Source of the DNA: Carcharhinus longimanus | Lineage: Eukaryota | Reading direction: 5' to 3' | Assembly (NCBI GenBank): GCA_030264375.1 | Contig: JASCQW010000001.1 | Coordinates: 105,831,918 to 105,895,903 of the forward strand | DNA: 63,986 bases | Shown: positions 51,143 through 63,190 of the stretch, one piece after another | How positions within the stretch are numbered: the first letter of the stretch is position 1 | How the letters are laid out: each line of letters begins with the position of its first letter | The notes under the pieces: model-generated | Told to the model about the DNA's origin: nothing | Seen by the model: the letters and a program-made list of their open reading frames with translations, nothing else | Database searches by the model: none | Position numbers and translations under genes: made by a program

Positions 51143-51224
51143 GCAGAAAATCAATGATGGTCTTGCTGCTCTCAAATCTGTCAATCCAGCAGGTGATACT
51201 TATATGCATCTAGGCATAAAAGCG
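51143..51224 (+). CDS. ANTXR2: ANTXR2 coding exon 4 (82 bp), MIDAS Thr
   Basis: Long polypyrimidine tract plus TAG acceptor. Reads QKINDGLAALKSVNPAGDTYMHLGIKA. Donor GCG|GTAAGT. Frame is continuous with exon 3. Confidence 0.95.
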
Positions 51225-51494
51225 GTAAGTTGTTCCTTTTCATTTACTTGTAGGACTGTGGAATTGTGAAAATACATTTCTTTGCATGTCATTTGTACTA
51301 AATACTCCTCAAAACAAATCAAATGAGATGAAAGAAGTATCATCATTGTGAAAAGTAGATGGACAGCCTATATGGTTACTCAAAGAAAGGAAAAATATCT
51401 AGTTGAGTTCCAAAAATGTTCTAAAATTCTAATTTATTTTTATCTTGTAAACTTAAAATGACATATATATTTATACAGATGTGATATGATCACC

Positions 51495-51785
51495 TAGAAT
51501 CCCTACTGTGCAGAAAGGGCATTTGGCCCATCAGGTCTGCACTAACTGTCTGACAGGGTATCTTACCCTTTCCCCTGCCCTAACCCCATGACCCCACACA
51601 TTTCACACGGCTCCTAATCCACCTAAACCTGCACATCTTGGGACACTGGTGGAAACCAGAGCACTCGGAGGAAACTCACGCCGACACGGGCAGAACGTGC
51701 TGGCTCCACACACCATTACCCAGGGCCAGAATTGAACCCGAATCTCTGGAGCTCTGAGGCAGCTGTGATAACCACTGTGCCACCC
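51495..51785 (-). mobile_element. HE1 SINE
   Basis: Tail tagaatccctactgtgcagaaagggcatttggccc, V-domain and tRNA head. Confidence 0.85.
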
Positions 51786-52315
51786 CTCTGGTGTGCATTT
51801 CCTAGCAGTCACATTTTATATCAGACTAAAATTATCTTGTCACACTTTATGACTGGGATACAAAGAAGCAAATGGAGTTATGTGGAATTTATAGATTCTC
51901 TGGGACCTAAAGGTTCTGGAGTCAGAATGTATGCAGCCTCTTCAGTGGCCTTATTGATTATGTCTATATTTTTAAAAAGGACAAATGAGGCTGGCATCCA
52001 GATCTGTATGATTAGCAGTTATTTTCTAAGCGCACTTGCCAAATGCAAATAGTTAGAGTCTTTGTTGAAGTGATGCCCACTTCACCATTCTAGCAGTGAA
52101 ATGTAAAATACATAGCATTACTGCTTCTGCCTGTAACACCTTGTATCATCTGATTGTGTGCAATATCTCCAGAGATCTGCTTGTAATATTATAAAGGTGG
52201 CAACTTCTGTGCTTCAAATATCTTTAAAATTGATGGATATATATTTGTGTAAATTTCAGCTGAGTGACATACAAATTTACTTGCATTGCAATTCAATTTA
52301 TTCAACTTATTTAAT

Positions 52316-52616
52316 GACATGGTGACACAGTGGTTAACACTGCTGCCTCACAGTGCCAGGGACCCATGTTCAATTCTAGCCTCAGACTGTCTGTCTGTGG
52401 AGTTTGCTCATTCTCCTCATGTCTGCATGGGTTTCCTCCCACAGTCCAAAGGTGTGCAGGTTAGGTTGATTGGCCATGCTTAATTGACTGTAGATTTATA
52501 GGTTAGAGGATTAGCGGGCAAAATATGTATGGATACGGGGTTAGGGCCTGGGTGGGATTGTGGTCCGTGCAGACTCGATGGGCCAAATGGCCTCTTTCTG
52601 TACTGTAGGGTTTCTA
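52316..52616 (+). mobile_element. HE1 SINE
   Basis: ggtgacacagtggttaacactgctgcctcacagtgccagggacc...gactcgatgggccaaatggcctc. Confidence 0.88.
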
Positions 52617-54419
52617 AACAGAACACAAAGTTTTTCTAAACAGTTTTACACCTTTAGCCACAAGTAAAAATTACATTTAAACTTATTTAAACAACTTCTC
52701 CCAGATTAAAATCAGAATTTTAAATATTGATGTAGTTATTGATAAAACTATAAATATATACATACATATTGGCATAGTAAATATCAGATTAAACGTATGA
52801 GGTTAATGCCAGAGAACAGGATAAATGGGTGGGATTTTTCTCCCTCTCTGCTGTGTGTTTGTGATGGTGGGAAGCAGTGCGCTGCTTGCTGGTGGTGGGA
52901 TTTTATGGTCCCACCATTTCCTGTTGAATATATCCCTTGCCCTGAGAAACTCATGGCAGGAGTATGGAGTCAGCGGGACCATTAGATCCTACGAGCGTAA
53001 ATGCTAGCAAGATTTCGGCAAACATACACCCAGGATTGTGGGGCTCTGAAAGGCAATAATTAAAACAGAATCCATGTCACCTCATTTTCTATCTATTAAT
53101 TTTGGCAGCTGCTTGACAAAAAACTATAGTATGTCAGCAATTTTAAACTTCCAATGGCTACACCACCACCCCTCCCATCCCAGCCAATTCCACCCCTAGC
53201 TGGAAAGCGCTTAAACAGGCACCATGACAGTTCTGCTGTGCCCATTGGTTACTTGCCCTGTGGATATTTTTCCCCCAATGATTTTGAGTGGCCTGCTCAC
53301 ATTTGAATCAATTGAGACCTTTAAGTGGCCATGTAAGCATCTCCTCTGATCACTGGTAGGATTTTCCCATGTGTCAAATCTGCCAGCTTAAACCTGGCAC
53401 TCCCTAGCCAGGCTTGACGGGTACCTCCTGGTTGGACAGCTTGTGCCCCTCACAGTGGGCCCTCAGGTATTTCTTCCCCGTGTTTTTCCCTTCCCTCACC
53501 ACCCTTAAATGCAACCTCCAAATCACGCCATGGGGGCCTGCCAGGCAAGTAAATTAGCAGCTCAATGGCCGTTAGATTGTTGAGGCTAAGCCAGCCAAGC
53601 ACAAGCAATACTTTTCCAAGTTTTACACTCGGCGCAAAATCATCACCCTTGTAAATTCAGCTGGTTAAAAAGTTAGGGATGTGCTCACCACTGAATCTGT
53701 TGGCTGCCTGGAGATTTTACACTCGATTGACCTTTAGTTGATTTGAAATGGGACGTCCATCCCTCAGCAATGCAACTGGGATATCAACTCTGCAATTCAG
53801 GGAACTGCCACCCATTCAGAGGCCAGCAGCTCTCCAGCACCAGTATCACCACCTGGAGCACTGATAATGCTTCCCTGGGGCCAGACTGGCAGGTCTTGGT
53901 GAGAAGAACAAAGGACCAGAATTAAAAAGGCCAGGAGTTTGGGGAACTGAAGCAGTGTTGCACCTTGGGAGGGCCCATTAATTGCACAGCCTGCCTGCAG
54001 TCTACGCAATGCATGTTACTGGATTGGACACATGGGGCAGGATTTTTAGGCCACACTCGCTCCAAGACTGGAAAATCCTGCCTGAAATCAATGGACCACA
54101 TTCCCATGATGGGCAGGAATGGAAAATTCTCCTCATGATGTGGGCTCACAGTGGCAGGATTAATTGCTCACTTAAGAGCCTGAATTGGCCAATGGGCAGA
54201 TGGGTCACCCGGGATACATCCTGCTGCTTTAAAATTGCACTGGGGACAGAGATAAGTAGGTAGGTAGGCAGTAAATATGGTACGAACGGGATTTACCCAC
54301 AGACAGGGGATCATTAAATCCAGCCCTAAATGGGGATTCCTGCTTATCTTTCACTAAAGTTTTGGTAAAGGAGAAGGAAAATCTCGGGGTGATTCACATC
54401 CCAAGTTAATGGTTCAGAA

Positions 54420-54750
54420 AGGGTTGGATAAATGGAATTGAAATCAAAGATCTCATTGAGACGTATAAGATGATGAATGGGATGGATAGGATAGAGGTGG
54501 AGAGACTCTTCCCGCTCAGAAAGNNNNNNNNNNNNNNNNNNNNNNNNNNNNNNNNNNNNNNNNNNNNNNNNNNNNNNNNNNNNNNNNNNNNNNNNNNNNN
54601 NNNNNNNNNNNNNNNNNNNNNNNCCTTAGTGTCAGGGGGAACTAGCCAGGGTAAATAAGTGGGGTTATAGGGATAGGCTTGGGTGGGTTTATGGTCGATG
54701 CAGACTCGAAGGGCCAAATGGCCTCCTTTTGCACTGTAAGGATTCTACGA
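54420..54750 (+). mobile_element. CR1 ORF2 end and HE1/CR1 tail spanning a gap
   Basis: DLIETYKMMNGMDRIEVERLFPL before the gap and the gactcgaagggccaaatggcctcc tail after it. Confidence 0.8.
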
Positions 54751-55384
54751 TTTCTGACTCCTGAGTATTGAGAGTTGCTAATTGTCATTAGTTGATGTGC
54801 AAAGTTGTTAGCAGGAGAAGGAAAACCAATCAATTTGCTCAAAATACTTCTAAGACAACGTTTTTGGATCTAGTATAGTTTGTTTTATTTTTGCTAGTAT
54901 ATTTTGTTTTGCTACATAAGTAAAATGAAAGCATAATTTATAAAGTGGAACATTTTGAAATGTAAAGCAAAACAGCTTGAAAAAGTAATTTTTCTGACTC
55001 AGAATTGCCCAACAACAATTTATACTCATATAAAGCCTTTAACGCAAGAAAATGTCCCAAGGGACTTTGGTGCATTACAAAAGAAAACACAACACAAAAC
55101 CACATGGGAAGTATTGGATCAGATGACCAAAAGCTTGGTCAAAGACATATATTTAAGGAATGTCTTTAACTTGAAGAAAGTAAGTTAAAGAGTTAGAGAG
55201 GTATTAGGGAAAGTGTTCTAAAACTTGGGACCTAAGCAACTGAAGAAGTAGGGTGGGATTTTCCAGATGGCTCATCCCAAAACTGGAAAGTCCCACTTGA
55301 GGTCAACGGACCTTTTTTATGGTCTATGTCCCATCTGCAATGATTCCCGTGGTGGGAAAATTCTGCCAGCAGTCACCAATGGTG

Positions 55385-55790
55385 GAACAACTAAAATCAC
55401 TGAAACGATGGAGATTGAGGGGAGACCTGATAGAAGACTACAAGATTATCAGAGGCCTGGACAGAGTGGATAGGCAGAAGCTTTTTCCCAGGGTGGATGA
55501 TTCAGTTACCGGGGGGCACAGGTTTAAGATGCAAGGGGCAAGGTTTAAAGGAGATGTACAAGGCAGAATTTTTACACAGTAGTCGGTGCCTGAAACTCGG
55601 AGAGGTAGTGGAAATGGATATGGTGGTGGCTTTTAAGGGCCATCTTGACAAATATATGAATAGGATGGGAATAGTGGGATATGGTCCCTGGAAGGGTAGG
55701 GGGTTTTAGAAGTCGGGCAGCATGGTCGGTGCAAGCTTGGAGGGCCAAAGGGCCTGTTCCTGTACTGTAATTTTCTTTGTTCTTTGTATA
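55385..55790 (+). mobile_element. CR1 LINE 3' end
   Basis: ORF reads RLRGDLIEDYKIIRGLDRVDRQKLFP...GHRFK. Tail is gggccaaagggcctgttcctgtactg...ctttgttctttg. Confidence 0.9.
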
Positions 55791-56243
55791 AAAGGTCAGA
55801 ATTAGAGTAGTGCTTATATCTCAGATTTGTAGGGCTGGGGATGATTACAGAGATGGAGAAGAGGCGAGGTTATAGTGATATTTGAAAACAATACCTTTCA
55901 AGAATACACCTATTCAGTTTTTGTTTTTCTCAAAACCTAATATCTGCCAGGGATTTGCTGCTGAAGTTTGGCTCTTAGACAACTGTTAATTTTCTGGACA
56001 CTAAATGATCCCTGCTTAAAAGCAGTTCTTTCCTACCTGGCTGCAGCTAATATCTGCACCTTTAGTTTTCTTGGCCAGTGGTATGCAGAAGTCAGGACAT
56101 GGCTGATGATGCCCCGAGGCTGCCTCCACAGTTCAGGATGGTAGCCGCCAGCAATCTTGGGCCTCAGGACAGTATATCAGTAAGTGGAGGGAGCATCTTT
56201 CAGGTGCATCTTTCAGCCTCTGTGTTCCTGGAGATTCATCTTC

Positions 56244-56479
56244 TCGCTTCTTGGCCTTTCGGCTAAGATCAAGCATATCAGATAAAGCCCAAGATGTCAG
56301 CAATGCCTTATTTTGTCAACTTGGGTTTTGTTTGTCTCTCTCTTGTGGGGACCATGAATTGGATTCAATTGGAATTTGATTTTTGGAGCAAGCAGGAAGA
56401 TGGATTCAGGTTTGCTTGGTCCACTCTGTGCACTGACTTTGTAACTTCAAGAATGGAGTAAAAAAACAATGTTTTTCTT
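56244..56479 (+). pseudogene. U2 snRNA-derived retroposed element (rearranged U2 retropseudogene or candidate snRNA-derived SINE)
   Basis: 5' tcgcttcttggcctttcggctaagatcaag matches the U2 5' end. Sm site gatttttggagc is present. The 3' part agatggattcaggtttgcttggtccactctgtgcactgac resembles U2 stems III/IV. A-run tail. 17-bp direct repeats ctggagat(t/c)catcttct at 56228-56244 and 56480-56496. Confidence 0.85.
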
Positions 56480-57452
56480 CTGGAGATCCATCTTCTTTCT
56501 TCAATTGTGGCCTTTTCAATATGGCATCCAGATATGATGGTGGGATGCATGCTATCAAGCCAGCCCTGCCATGGAATATGGTGCGAAACCTCTGAATGCA
56601 TAACCAATGAAGTTGGGGATAGAAGGTGTAGTGTGGTTTTCCTTAAGTCTCTGCAGTGGGAAACACTCTCCATCACTGCACCGCCACAGGACTAGTCCCA
56701 GGTGGGAGAGGTCCACCTATTATAACCATTTAGAGCTGTGATAATGATAGATTGTGGAATCAGTCATGCAGCACCAATCCTATAATGAAAACTGCAGGCT
56801 TATGTCAACAGCTAGATAATGAAATTGCAAGCAACCACAATAGGCTGTTACTACACCAAACACTTAAAGGGCTTGGGGATTAAAATGGTTTGACAGCTTA
56901 ACAGTCCAAATGAGGTTATACACTTTTTACGTGTGATCACGTATACTCCTAATACTACCAGAAGGGCAGCTGACCTCTCCAGAAGGGTTCCTGGAATTTT
57001 CCCAAAGCGTACCCCACCTCTTTAAATAACTTTTTGGCAGTTTTCTCAAATGTTTGAAGCCCACAAGACAGGTGTTGGGCATTCCAGTTAGGAAAATTGA
57101 ATCATTTTAATGGCAGCTGCATTTTACGTACGTAGCTGCCTTTGTGAACCACATATGTGGAAATTGCAACATACCACCCCCGCCCGCCCCCATTCTCAAT
57201 GTGATGTTGAGAATCTTCTCAATGTGGTGTTGTAGTTTTGAGAGTAGAATCATCGCTTGTTGTTTGGTTGGGAATGGTTTTTAATGATCCGAAATCTAAA
57301 AGGTGAAGTGGAGAAATTCATTTGTTGTTGCTCATTGTCCAAAACAACTTGTTCAAATTGATTTTTTTGGGACAAGTTTATGTATCCACATGTTATGAAT
57401 ACCCAGTAACTTCTTTAAGCATTAATGGATGTGTAATTGCTATATTTTTTAG

Positions 57453-57560
57453 GCCTCTGAACAAATAAAGGAGCAAAACAATTTGAAGACTGCAAGTGCA
57501 ATCATTGTTTTAACCGATGGTGAATTAGTGGAATTGATATTGCCTTATACAATTGAACAG
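57453..57560 (+). CDS. ANTXR2: ANTXR2 coding exon 5 (108 bp), MIDAS Asp (LTDG)
   Basis: Acceptor ttttttAG. Reads ASEQIKEQNNLKTASAIIVLTDGELVELILPYTIEQ. It is a single exon as in ANTXR2 and ends at the non-canonical donor CAG|GCAAGT. Confidence 0.92.
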
Positions 57561-57650
57561 GCAAGTGTAAAATTCTAAGATTGCCATTGAATTATGCAAC
57601 ATGTATTTTTTTCTTTTGCTGAAACTAATTTATTTTGAATTTCTTTATAG

Positions 57651-57719
57651 GCTAATAAGGCAAGAGAACTAGGGGCAATTATTTACTGTGTTGGAGTCAA
57701 AGACTTTAAGGAAAAACAG
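57651..57719 (+). CDS. ANTXR2: ANTXR2 coding exon 6 (69 bp)
   Basis: Acceptor ttctttatAG. Reads ANKARELGAIIYCVGVKDFKEKQ, containing the YCVGV.DF motif. Donor CAG|GTAGGA. Confidence 0.95.
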
Positions 57720-57924
57720 GTAGGACTTTATAACATAGCTGGTTAATATTCAGTCTGTGTCTAATGAGTGATGCAACAGGCCCAGAGTCAGGGCCCAGAA
57801 ACCTCATCAAAGATGACATAAGGATGGATTGGTTTAGTTCAGTCATCTCATAGTTGCAGGATGTGCGTCAGGCCTCATTATAGGGTATGGATCAGACATC
57901 TGACTAAGGTAGCTTTGTGCCATT

Positions 57925-58410
57925 ATCTTTTCAGATTTGGCATAGTAAGCAAGGCTGTCATTTATTGCTGATCCCTTGATGTCCTTCAGAATCTGGTGGT
58001 GGAACTCCATAGTGAACTGCTGTGGTCAATACTGTGTAAACAGTCCCACATTGCTTTTAGGTAAGGAGTTCCAGGACTTTGACCCAGTGACAATGAAGGG
58101 GATGTCAGTTAACATCCATGTCAAGATTATATGTGATATGGAAGGCAACGTGGAGTTGCTGCCATGTACCCGCTTCCCTAGCTCGTGGAGGTTTCAAGTT
58201 CGAGAGGTGCTGCAGAAGAAGCTTTGGTCTATAGTTAGTGCACCTGGGATTTGGAATGCACTACCTGATTGGATTATGAATACAGGTTCAATAATCTGGA
58301 AAAGGTGATTGAATAAATCCTTGAATGAGGAAAAGTTTCAGGGATATGGAAAGTGGGACTAACTAAATTACTCTTCATAAGGGCCTAAAAGGTTTTCTTC
58401 TATTTATGAT
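57925..58410. mobile_element. L2/CR1-group LINE tail (-) abutting a CR1 tail (+)
   Basis: catttattgctgatccc...ggagttccaggactttgacccagtgacaatgaagg, then tggaatgcactacctg...gggatatggaaagtggg. Confidence 0.7.
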
Positions 58411-60866
58411 TCCCTATATCCCTTGCATTGTTCAGCTGCCCATTTCTCACTTGGTACATTTGTAATAAATTGGAATAAATCCTGTATTGGCATTAATTCC
58501 TAGATTGCTAAAAACTGTCTAATTTTTTTTATACTTAATAATATGGCTAAATATAAAATATATGTACATCTGCATTTACTGCAGCTAACTAGCTCTTAAT
58601 TAGGACTTTTGAGAGATGGGAAGGATTCCATAGACATTAAAAAGGGCAGATGGGACCCAGATGCAGAGGTTCCTGCTTCATTTTCTGAAAGATCCAATTC
58701 GTACCAGTAAGGGAAAGGGGGTAGGTTGTGATTCATACGAGAGGGAAATTCCACGTTCAGCAGGAACCATTTAAACTCTGTGCAGAGATCAAACCAATCA
58801 CTTCTTGTCTGTTACAAAGATCTTAACCAGCAGCGTGGGAGTCAAAAATTGATGGAGTAAATAGAAACACTCATGAAGGGCAGATAAGGTCTCTATAACT
58901 GTTATGACCTGAAGTTTATTAAAGGTCCCATCTTTAAACATTTTAGAAAAAGCTGTTACTGAGTTTTAAAAAAAATCCCCAGCTGAAATGCTTTAATTGA
59001 CTGGCCATCTGCTGCAGATTCAAAAAACAATTAGTTCCAACTGGTTATGCCATTTTAATAGAGTTCTTTGTTGACAATTCCCCAAAATTTTGTTGACAAA
59101 TGCTTGGCTGAGTTTCAAATGCTATGGTTATCTTGGGACGAGATTCTGAGCTCAGTTTAAATGGCAGCTCAAAGAGTAAAGGATGAGCTGCCTTTAATGG
59201 GACTGTCGAGACAGAAGTTTGTTTTTAGAAATTACCTACTTGAGATTTAACCCAGTTTTGAAAGGGTTTTATGAATGGGAATTTTATCAATATCTGGTAT
59301 ATATGAGTGATAGCTGTATTGAGTAGTTCGAAGTTACTTGTTTTCACCTTCACATGGGAGCTCTGTCCATGAAGGAAAAAGGTGAGAGGTCATTGGGGGT
59401 GGGTAGGATGCCTAAATTGACATTGAGTTAGCATGGAGGATGAGGCGATGTGATGGGTAAGGTCTAGAGAACCTAACTACTTCTGAAAACACTTGGGCAT
59501 CATTTCAGAGAACCAAGTCTAGTCTCCAAAATAGCCTACCTCTGCACTAATTCACCACTGTGGCCTTCCATGCCCTATATCTGGGGGTCATTGTGCCTAA
59601 CTCTATCCACATATGCCCCCACCCTCAGTCCCTCAGAGCAAAAATCACATGATTCTGTGTACTTTTTACTGAGATGGGACTGGTCCAGTGAGTCAGGAAA
59701 TTTCTTAAGCATTTTANNNNNNNNNNNNNNNNNNNNNNNNNNNNNNNNNNNNNNNNNNNNNNNNNNNNNNNNNNNNNNNNNNNNNNNNNNNNNNNNNNNN
59801 NNNNNNNNNNNNNNNNAGTGAGTCAGGAAATTTCCAAGTCAACTCCTTGCCCTGCCTCAACGTGAAAATCAAGATATACGCCATGGGGATGCTACGTGAA
59901 GAAGAATATGGTATAAACAGAATGTATAATAAGGAGCTGTGAGACTACTTTATCTCTTGCTTGCAGTGCAAAATATAACTCACTCATAACCTGATAACTC
60001 GTGACTGGCAAGGTAATCTCCTTGTGCAATTTAAAGGGGCAATTTTACATGTCCCTTTTCAAACCATGATGTGCACAATCAACAGAAGTCTGAGAAAGGA
60101 CACAATATCTAATTAACTTTTGAAGCGTGAAGCAGATTACTTCCTTGCTGATGCAAACCCATAGAGAAATCAACAATTTTGCAATGACTATGGCTCCACC
60201 AAATCGTTTCATCCACTTTCAGTGTGCAGCTGAACTTTTTGGAAGTGGGAAATATTGTGTAGTGAATGGAATGGTGGAAAAACTAGGTCAAAATAAGCAC
60301 ATAATTAAATTGCAAAGCAAAGAGTTGGTTTTGTGCTAAATTTAGTTTCCATATGCATTTTAATGGTCAACTAAAGTGTAGGTCTGATTAAGAAAATGAA
60401 GGAAGAAGATGCCAGGTGGCAAAGTTAGAATTGATCAATAAATTATACTGACATTTGGCTTGCATCAGAGTAATTGTGTGGTCTGGATCTGTACCGAATT
60501 TATGTGAGAATATGTCTTTGAAGTTTTTCACAAAATGCATTTCCCACTGTGCCTCATTCTCTTCAAAAGAACATAATTGTACATTTTTCCCCTCAGTGGA
60601 ACTGTTCTAGACTCCAATTATGATGAGATTAATCATTAGATCACTAATTGGATTTCTTGTATAGATTCCATTTAACAGGCGGAAGTACGATAAAACTGAA
60701 GTGTTGTAAAAATCTGGCTCATTGATTGTATTGATGTAAAAATTGTGACTGATGTGCCAGCTGGGTGAATGATGGATTTCATTGTTAAATAAGATGCATC
60801 ATCGTTGAAGGTTGGAAATTCTGCATTAAGCTGCTTTTTAAAATGAAATACTTTTGCTTTGAAAAG

Positions 60867-60947
60867 CTGGAAAAAGTTGCAGATTCCCCAGACCACGTCT
60901 TCCCTGTTAATGGAGGATTTCACGCCCTGAAAGGAATAATTGATTTG
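60867..60947 (+). CDS. ANTXR2: ANTXR2 coding exon 7 (81 bp), end of vWA domain; gene continues beyond the window
   Basis: Acceptor ttttgctttgaaaAG. Reads LEKVADSPDHVFPVNGGFHALKGIIDL, compared with CMG2 [27 protein letters not shown]. Donor TTG|GTGAGT. Confidence 0.93.
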
Positions 60948-61469
60948 GTGAGTATCATTTGGTTTCTTATTGTTAATGTAGTGATTCAGTAGTGAATAGG
61001 ATTAATGCTCTTGCTGATGTTGTCCAAAAAAAAAATTACGTGCAAGAAATTATAGAATTAAGGAATGCTGTTTGTTATTGTTTATCTTGCATCTAAGAGT
61101 GAAATAAATTTGGAATAAATGTTTGTTATATGTTGGCTATTGACGATGTATAGTAATTTGGTCATAATTTATGATTGTAACAAAAATTGGTCAATTCTAC
61201 CATATATACCCATATAATTGTTACTTTATGGCAGTGGAAATTAACTAAGTTACCTTAAAAGCTGTGTGGTTTATTAGAAGCTTTAGAGAAAAACTAATAC
61301 AAGTACAAGCTTGGAGTATTAGTATGGAAGGTTATTAAAAGAAACAGCTGACAACATTGCTGATTTGGTGAATAAATTACTTTAATCTTGCCCGTGCCTA
61401 TCTTTTCCTTCATTCCCACTGTACTACCGTTTCTTCTTGTTTGTACTGTTGCAAAGTTAGGAAGCATAA

Positions 61470-62133
61470 ATAAGACCATAAGACGTAGGAGCAGAATTAG
61501 ACCATTCGGCCTGTTGAATGGCAGAGCAGACTCAATCATGGCTGTTTTTTTTTTCTCATCATTTTTCCCCATAATCCCTGATTCCATTACCAACCAAGAA
61601 CCTATCCATCTGTCTTAAAGACACTCAATGACTTGGCCTCCACAGCCTTCTGTGGCAAAGAGTTCCACAGATTCACCACTCTGACTGAAGAAATTCCTCC
61701 TCATCTCTGTTTTAAAGGATTGTCCCTTTAACTGAGGGTATGCCCTTTGAACAAAGAACAGCACAGCATGGGAAACAGGCCCTTTGGCCCCACAAGCCTG
61801 TGCTGCCCATTTTAACACACTGCCTTATTCAAGTCGTTCTACCTACGACTTTTGTCTACATCTAGTGGACTCCACAATAAAGGGGTGCAAATTTAGGGCA
61901 TTATATGTGCGCCAGATTAAGGGAGATCCAACTTAGGGACAATTTATTGACACCAATCAGCCTAAAAGCACGTTTTTGTGGTGTGGGAGGAAACCTGAGC
62001 ACCTGGAGAAAACCCACACAAGCATGGGGAGAATGTGCAAACTCCTACAGACATTGACTCAAGCTGGAGATCCAGCCTGGGTCCTTGTAACTGCACAGCA
62101 AACAGTGATAGTCACTGAGCTGTCGTGTTGCCC
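61470..62133 (-). mobile_element. CR1 3' end followed by an HE1-type SINE
   Basis: taagaccataagacgtaggagcagaattag...gaagaaattcctcctcatctctgttttaaagg, then a V-domain gtgggaggaaacctgagcacctggagaaaacccac. Confidence 0.85.
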
Positions 62134-62959
62134 GTCAATTGGTCCAGTTTAAGCGTACTCTAACGGACGTGAAGCACTAGGCAACTCTCAAAACAACATC
62201 CAAGAGCAGCCCTCACACGACGCACCGTGTGTATGCCCCTTGTTGGCCAACGAGGTGGACTGAATCGCCTGTGGATGTAAAAAGGAGACATCAGTAAACA
62301 TACAACAGACTATACAAACATTAATGGAAGATCCCCAATAGCTCCAATGCAAGAGACAGATGAGCCTTAAAATTTGTTGGACGGCTGATAGGAATCTATT
62401 AATTCCCAGGAACGTCCTGAGGCTCTTGATCTTCAGCTAGAGCATTCTGTTGTATCCCTCTATCCCCAGACCAGAACCAAAAAAACTGGTTCTAGTTTTT
62501 CCTACTAGTGGAAACATCCTGTCCACGTAAGGTTGAGATATCAGCTAAGGGTTTCCTTGGAGCTATTCCTACTGCACCATCATAACTTTGTTGGAAGTGC
62601 TGTGAAATTTCTTTCTTGTGTGAGTCGCATCATCTAGCCATCTTATTATCCTTGTCATTATGGGAAAGAATTTGCCACTTTCAAAGGTGCAGAAAATACA
62701 TGAATAGCACCAATTCTGTAGTGTGTCTTACTCAAAGTGAGAGCAAGAGACAAGTATGCATTTTACAACATTGGTTCATACTACTTAAGGTTAGGTTAGC
62801 AAGGGATTTTGTTAAATGATTTGAAAAGGGAGAAAGTTTAAGACTGAAGCATTAAATAGTGAGTGAAAGGTGCTTCAAGGAGTTCTAACCTCAGTGATAG
62901 TATGAAAACAAAGGGAGGAATATTGGAAGAGTGAACATTGTAAAGTGTGGACCCTTGTA

Positions 62960-63190
62960 ATATGGGAAATGTAGCAGTAACTTTGCAAACAGCAAGGATT
63001 GAGAAAATTCCATGCGATTAAGACCGGTTTATTTGTTTTAATGATGTTTGGCTGAGGGATAAATATTGACCTGAGCATAGGAAAAAAAATCCCGTGCTCT
63101 TCTTTGAAATCATGCCATGGGATCTTTTACATCTAGAGGACAGATAGGCAGCAATTTAATATCTCATCTGACAGACGGATTTGAGAATAA
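62960..63190 (-). mobile_element. Deu-domain SINE relic
   Basis: ggctgagggataaatattg...tgccatgggatcttttacatc...tttaatatctcatctgacagacgg. Confidence 0.65.

Noticed and set aside
56244-56479. Functional U2 snRNA gene
   Set aside because: The branch-point recognition sequence is absent, there are many substitutions, and the A-tail and TSD indicate retroposition. I recognised no snRNA promoter.
60672-60923. 83-aa minus-strand ORF overlapping exon 7
   Set aside because: It is an antisense shadow of the exon plus intron sequence, with no homology or splice support.
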